This document shows positions 60,375 to 64,000 of a stretch of 64,000 bases of DNA, in pieces. Both the position numbers and the translations under genes were made by a program. The notes below the pieces were generated by a model. The model ran no database searches. It had not been told where the DNA came from and saw nothing but the letters and a program-made list of their open reading frames with translations. Origin of the DNA: Mycobacteriales bacterium (lineage in GTDB: Bacteria; Actinomycetota; Actinomycetes; Mycobacteriales; CADCTP01); NCBI GenBank assembly GCA_036519715.1, contig DATDKW010000340.1:30073-94072 (forward strand). Reading direction: 5' to 3'. Numbering within the stretch: the stretch's first letter is position 1; every line of letters starts with the position of its first letter.

Positions 60375-61154
60375 ATGACGACGGAGACAGCACCCGGCGA
60401 CACCGGCGTCGGCCCGGCCCGCCTCGGCGGGCTCCGGCGCTGGAACCTGGGCCTGGCGCTGCTGCATGCCGTCCAGGCCGTCGCCGTCCTCCTTCTCGCC
60501 AGCGGCTTCGCGATCACGGTGACCTCGTCGTACCCGACCGGGCCGCCCGGCACCGACGCCCCCGCGCCGCAAGGGCTGATCGACGTGCGGGTCGGTGCCG
60601 CGGTCGCGCTGTTCCTCGCGCTGGCCGCCGTCGACCACCTCCTGACCGCCACGGTGCTGCGGGACCGCTACGAGCGGGGACTGCGCGGCGGGATCAACCG
60701 GTTCCGGTGGATCGAATACTCCCTCAGCGCCACGGTCATGGTGCTGCTGATCGCCTCGTACGCCGGGCTGACCGACATCACCACCGTCATCGCGATCGCC
60801 GGTGCCAACATCGGCATGATCCTCTTCGGCTGGCTGCAGGAGGCGATGAACCCACCCGGCCGGCGGACCACGACCATGCTGCCGTTCTGGTTCGGCACCG
60901 TCGTCGGTCTCACGCCCTGGATCGCGATCGCCGTCAATCTCGCCGGGGCCGCCACCGTGCCCGGCTTCGTCTACGGCATCTTCGTCTCTCTCGCCGTGTT
61001 CTTCTCCAGCTTCGCCGTCAACCAGTGGTTGCAGTACCGGCGGATCGGACCGTGGGCCGACTACGCGTTCGGCGAGAAGAGCTACCTCGTCCTCAGCCTG
61101 GCCGCGAAGTCCGCACTGGCCTGGCAGGTGTTCGCCGGCTCCCTCGCCGGCTGA
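60375..61154 (+). CDS. Heliorhodopsin (7-TM retinal protein, inverted-topology rhodopsin family)
   Basis: The product is collinear with heliorhodopsin signature blocks as I recall them: RRWNLGLALLHAVQAVAVLLLA, FLALAAVDHLL, NRFRWIEYSLSATVMVLLIA (Glu114 at 60714-60716), MILFGWLQE, MLPFWFG, VPGFVYGIFVSLAVFF, GEKSYLVLSLAAKSALAWQVFAGSL (Lys245 at 61107-61109). Confidence 0.85.
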   Translation: MTTETAPGDTGVGPARLGGLRRWNLGLALLHAVQAVAVLLLASGFAITVTSSYPTGPPGTDAPAPQGLIDVRVGAAVALFLALAAVDHLLTATVLRDRYERGLRGGINRFRWIEYSLSATVMVLLIASYAGLTDITTVIAIAGANIGMILFGWLQEAMNPPGRRTTTMLPFWFGTVVGLTPWIAIAVNLAGAATVPGFVYGIFVSLAVFFSSFAVNQWLQYRRIGPWADYAFGEKSYLVLSLAAKSALAWQVFAGSLAG

Positions 61155-61337
61155 CCGCCCACCGCCGGTGCCGCGCCGCGGGGAGCAGCTCATGCCTCCG
61201 ACCCGGCGCCGGGTCACTTCCCGATGTCGCGCGGGCGGCGGGTTGGTGCCTCACCGGCGAGAAGCCTGATCCCGGCCGCCACGGCGCGCCGAAGCCGCCG
61301 GCCGGGTGACCCCGGTCGGCGGCTCGGTCGCTCCCCT

Positions 61338-61895
61338 TCAGATCAGCCAGCGGTTCTGCCGGACGACCGGCTGGTGCTTCCACCACCGGCCCAGCCCGAA
61401 GGTGTCACCCGCGTGCACCAGCGCCAGCCCGATCACCACCAGCGCACCGATGATGTGATCGTCCACGATCGGGTTGTTCTCCGGCGGCAGCACCACCGAC
61501 CACATCATCAGGTACAGCAGCGCCCCGGAGACCGCCGCGACCCGCATCCCGATCCCCAGCATCAGCGCCACACCGATTCCCACCAGCGCCATCATGAACA
61601 GCCAGTCCGCCCAGCCCGCGCCGGCGATGTTCTTGTAGAAGCTCTCGAACGGCCCGTCCGCCGAGTTGGCCAGGAAGCCCTTGGTCGGCGATCCGCCGTT
61701 GATCCAGGACTTCGCCGAGGGGGTCGCGTAGCCGAACCCGAACAGCTTGTCCAGGAACGCCCACAGGAACGTGAACCCGACCACGACCCGCAGCGCGGCG
61801 AAGACCCCGGCCGCCCACCGCCGCTCCCGCGGTGTCTGCTCCACCGTCGCCCCGACCAGCCCGCGCGGCGACCGTCCCTCATACGTCGTAGTCAT
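61338..61895 (-). CDS. DoxX-family membrane protein
   Basis: AALRVVVGFTFLWAFLDKLFG...GSPTKGFL...ADWLFMMALVGIGVALMLGIGMRVAAVSGALLYLMMW. Confidence 0.8.
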   Translation of the reverse strand: MTTTYEGRSPRGLVGATVEQTPRERRWAAGVFAALRVVVGFTFLWAFLDKLFGFGYATPSAKSWINGGSPTKGFLANSADGPFESFYKNIAGAGWADWLFMMALVGIGVALMLGIGMRVAAVSGALLYLMMWSVVLPPENNPIVDDHIIGALVVIGLALVHAGDTFGLGRWWKHQPVVRQNRWLI

Positions 61896-62119
61896 CTTCC
61901 GCCTCCTGACCCGTACCCCCGTCTCAGCTCAAGCTTCCGGCCTCGCGATGCTCCACGCCGGAGTCCAAAGTCCCGACTCCACCGGGCCCCCCGTCACAGC
62001 CCATTGCCACGAAGGGCGTGCGGGCCGTGCGGGTGTGCGAAATGATGCCGTCACAGAACCCCTTGCCGCCGGGCCGTCGCGCGCGCTGGAATCGACGGAA
62101 CGAGACGAAGGAGAGCGCC

Positions 62120-63034
62120 ATGGACGGACGCGGCCTCGGCCTGCTGGTCGGCATCGACGGGTCCGAGGGCGGCGACCGGGCCCTGGACTGGGCCGCACGC
62201 GCGGCGGCGGCCCAGGACAGCAGCATCACGGTCGCGTACGTCATCAGCGGCTTCGGGCCGTCCGACCTGCCCACGACAGCCGGGCTCCGGAACCTGGACC
62301 TGCGTGCCGCCCAGGCCATCGTCGACACCGGGGTGCAGCGCGCCGGGCAGGCGACCCCCGGGCTCCCGGTCACGGGCCGCCGCGTCGAAGGCGACCCGGC
62401 CACCGAGCTGATCACGCTGTCCGCCGACGCCGACCAGGTGGTGCTCGGCTCCCGCGGCCACGGCGGCTTCGCATCGCTGCTGGTGGGATCCGTGGCCACG
62501 AAGGTGGCCGGGCACGCGGCCTGCCCGGTGGTCGTCGTGCGGGACGACGCCCATCCGACCGGACCGGTCGTCATCGGCATCGACGGCTCCGACCGCGGCG
62601 AAGCCGCCCTGCGCTACGGCTTCTCCTACGCCGACCGCCACCGGCTGCCCGTGCGGGGACTGCACGTCTACCACGTCGACCCACCGATGGCGCGCTACCT
62701 CACTGAAGCCGCCGGCGCCGAGGTCGCCGGCACCGAGCTCGCCGGCACCGACGCCGCCGGCGCCGAAGCCACGGCCGCCGAAGCCGCCCGGCGGAGCTCC
62801 GAGCAGCTCGTCGGCGCGCGGCTGCGGAGCTGGCAGGAGAAGTATCCGGACGTCGTCGTCGAGGCGGAGACCGACATCGGCTCCCCCGCCCGCCACCTTG
62901 TCGACCTCAGTACGACGGCGAGCCTCCTCGTCGTCGGCCACCGCGGACACGGCCGCCTCGCCGGCCTCGTCCTCGGCTCGGTCAGCCAAGCGGTCCTGAC
63001 CCACGCCCACTGCCCCGTCGTCATCACCCGGTGA
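62120..63034 (+). CDS. Tandem universal stress protein (two UspA domains)
   Basis: The ATG follows GAAGGAG. Domain 1: LLVGIDGSEGGDRALDWAA...VLGSRGHGGFASLLVGSVATKVAGHAACPVVVV. Domain 2: VVIGIDGSDRGEAALRY...LLVVGHRGHGRLAGLVLGSVSQAVLTHAHCPVVI. Confidence 0.9.
   Translation: MDGRGLGLLVGIDGSEGGDRALDWAARAAAAQDSSITVAYVISGFGPSDLPTTAGLRNLDLRAAQAIVDTGVQRAGQATPGLPVTGRRVEGDPATELITLSADADQVVLGSRGHGGFASLLVGSVATKVAGHAACPVVVVRDDAHPTGPVVIGIDGSDRGEAALRYGFSYADRHRLPVRGLHVYHVDPPMARYLTEAAGAEVAGTELAGTDAAGAEATAAEAARRSSEQLVGARLRSWQEKYPDVVVEAETDIGSPARHLVDLSTTASLLVVGHRGHGRLAGLVLGSVSQAVLTHAHCPVVITR
62711..62770 (+). repeat. In-frame 15-bp tandem repeat x4 inside the second Usp domain
   Basis: GCCGGCGCCGAGGTC / GCCGGCACCGAGCTC / GCCGGCACCGACGCC / GCCGGCGCCGAAGCC, encoding AGAEV-AGTEL-AGTDA-AGAEA. 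Confidence 0.85.
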
Positions 63035-63243
63035 CCTCGGGCACGGAGCTGGTCCGGATCTCGGACGCCGAGGGGCGCGTACTCGGGGCAGATTGAGGAC
63101 CGAGGGCGGAGGAGGCCGCGGAGGGGACATCTGACCCTGGGCCACACCGCGGCATGCCGGTGAGGTGGACGCGAGCCGGCAGGTGCTCTCGCTGAGTGCC
63201 TGTCGGAGAGGATGTTTCAGGAGGTGTCCGGCAGGATGGCGGC

Positions 63244-64000
63244 ATGCTGGAGGTCGAGATCGCCGCACGTCCGTTGGCGGAGCTGAACGGAATCCTCAAC
63301 CCGGAGCAGACGGAGCGGCTGCGGGTCGCCGCGGACCGGGCTGCGTCCGATCTGTCGGGACGGACGGTGTGGAACGTCAGCTCCACGGCGACCGGCGGCG
63401 GGGTCGCGGAGATGCTGCACACCCTGCTCGGCTACGTGACCGGTGCCGGCATCCGGACCAGGTGGCTGGTCCTGGATGGCGACAGCGCCTTCTTCGCGGC
63501 CACCAAGCGGCTGCACAATGCGATTCACGGCCTGGGACAGGTGCCGGCGCTCGACGACGCCGACCGGGCCGCGTACGACCGGGTGCTCGCCCGCACGGCT
63601 CCAGAGCTCCTGGAGCACGTGGGACCGCGGGACCTGGTCCTTCTGCACGACCCCCAGACGGCCGGACTGGTCGAGCCGCTGCACCGGGCCGGCATCCCGG
63701 TCGTGTGGCGATCGCACATCGGTCTGGACGTGCGGACCGCGACCTCGGACTCGGCCTGGGACTTCCTCAGAAAGCGCATGGAGTCGGCGGACGCCGTCGT
63801 CTTCTCCCGCCGCCAGTACGCCCCGTCCTGGGTGGCCGGAGACCGGCTGTGGGTGATCCCGCCGTCCATCGATCCCCTGTCGGCGAAGAACCGGCCCATT
63901 GCGGCAGAGGACCGCATCCGGCTGCTGACCGAGGCCGGGCTGCTCACCGGCGGCGGAGCGCAGCCCGGTCAGATCGTCCACGGTGCGCCGCCGCCGGCAC
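63244..64000 (+). CDS. GT4 glycosyltransferase of the trehalose-synthase (TreT)-like group; 3' end lies outside the window
   Basis: The frame is open from ATG 63244 to the window end, so it is absent from the ORF track. Sequence: VWNVSSTATGGGVAEMLHTLLGY...RWLVL.G...FF..TKRLHNAIHG...LLHDPQTAGL...VVWRSHIG...IPPSIDPLSAKN, the pattern of TreT-like GT4 enzymes. Confidence 0.65.
   Translation, partial: MLEVEIAARPLAELNGILNPEQTERLRVAADRAASDLSGRTVWNVSSTATGGGVAEMLHTLLGYVTGAGIRTRWLVLDGDSAFFAATKRLHNAIHGLGQVPALDDADRAAYDRVLARTAPELLEHVGPRDLVLLHDPQTAGLVEPLHRAGIPVVWRSHIGLDVRTATSDSAWDFLRKRMESADAVVFSRRQYAPSWVAGDRLWVIPPSIDPLSAKNRPIAAEDRIRLLTEAGLLTGGGAQPGQIVHGAPPPA

Overview
This is a very high-GC, actinomycete-type chromosomal segment, densely coded on both strands. 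I found no rRNA, tRNA, CRISPR array, transposase or integrase. I assigned about 45 genes by reading the supplied translations for family motifs and by checking starts, stops and Shine-Dalgarno sequences in the nucleotide sequence. No database search was run. Main blocks, in order: (1) a 5'-truncated molybdopterin oxidoreductase with a translationally coupled helical protein, a GH13 enzyme, and an SGNH hydrolase with a YihY membrane protein; (2) a SARP/AfsR-type STAND regulator followed by a complete respiratory nitrate reductase locus, narK-narGHJI; (3) two paralogous LuxR-type LAL regulators flanking a decayed MFS transporter, a 62-aa protein and a peroxiredoxin-like protein; (4) a VOC/glyoxalase protein and an epoxide hydrolase; (5) a form-I-like aerobic CO dehydrogenase cluster, coxMSL, then an XdhC-like protein with a C-terminal YHS domain, coxD (MoxR) and coxE (VWA); (6) an ACT-domain protein and an operon of a JAMM-motif protein plus a SAM methyltransferase; (7) secreted or cell-wall proteins (BNR/Asp-box sialidase-like, GH3, SpoIID fused to a propeller repeat), an amidohydrolase, a PhzF-like isomerase and a serine hydrolase; (8) a 1648-aa Ser/Thr-kinase-like + P-loop + GAF + HisKA_3 histidine kinase protein; (9) DUF2231, NDH-2 and DUF4386 proteins; (10) a MalT-type LAL regulator divergent from a heliorhodopsin gene, then DoxX, a tandem Usp and a 3'-truncated TreT-like GT4 glycosyltransferase. 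The most noteworthy items are the heliorhodopsin locus, degenerate catalytic motifs in the kinase-like domain of the giant sensor, the XdhC-YHS fusion inside the CO dehydrogenase cluster, the uncharacterised JAMM-motif/methyltransferase pair, and several signs of gene decay or recoding (an in-frame TGA, a frameshifted MFS remnant, an ABC1-kinase tail remnant). Nothing here can be called a previously undescribed system without database searches; these are leads only.
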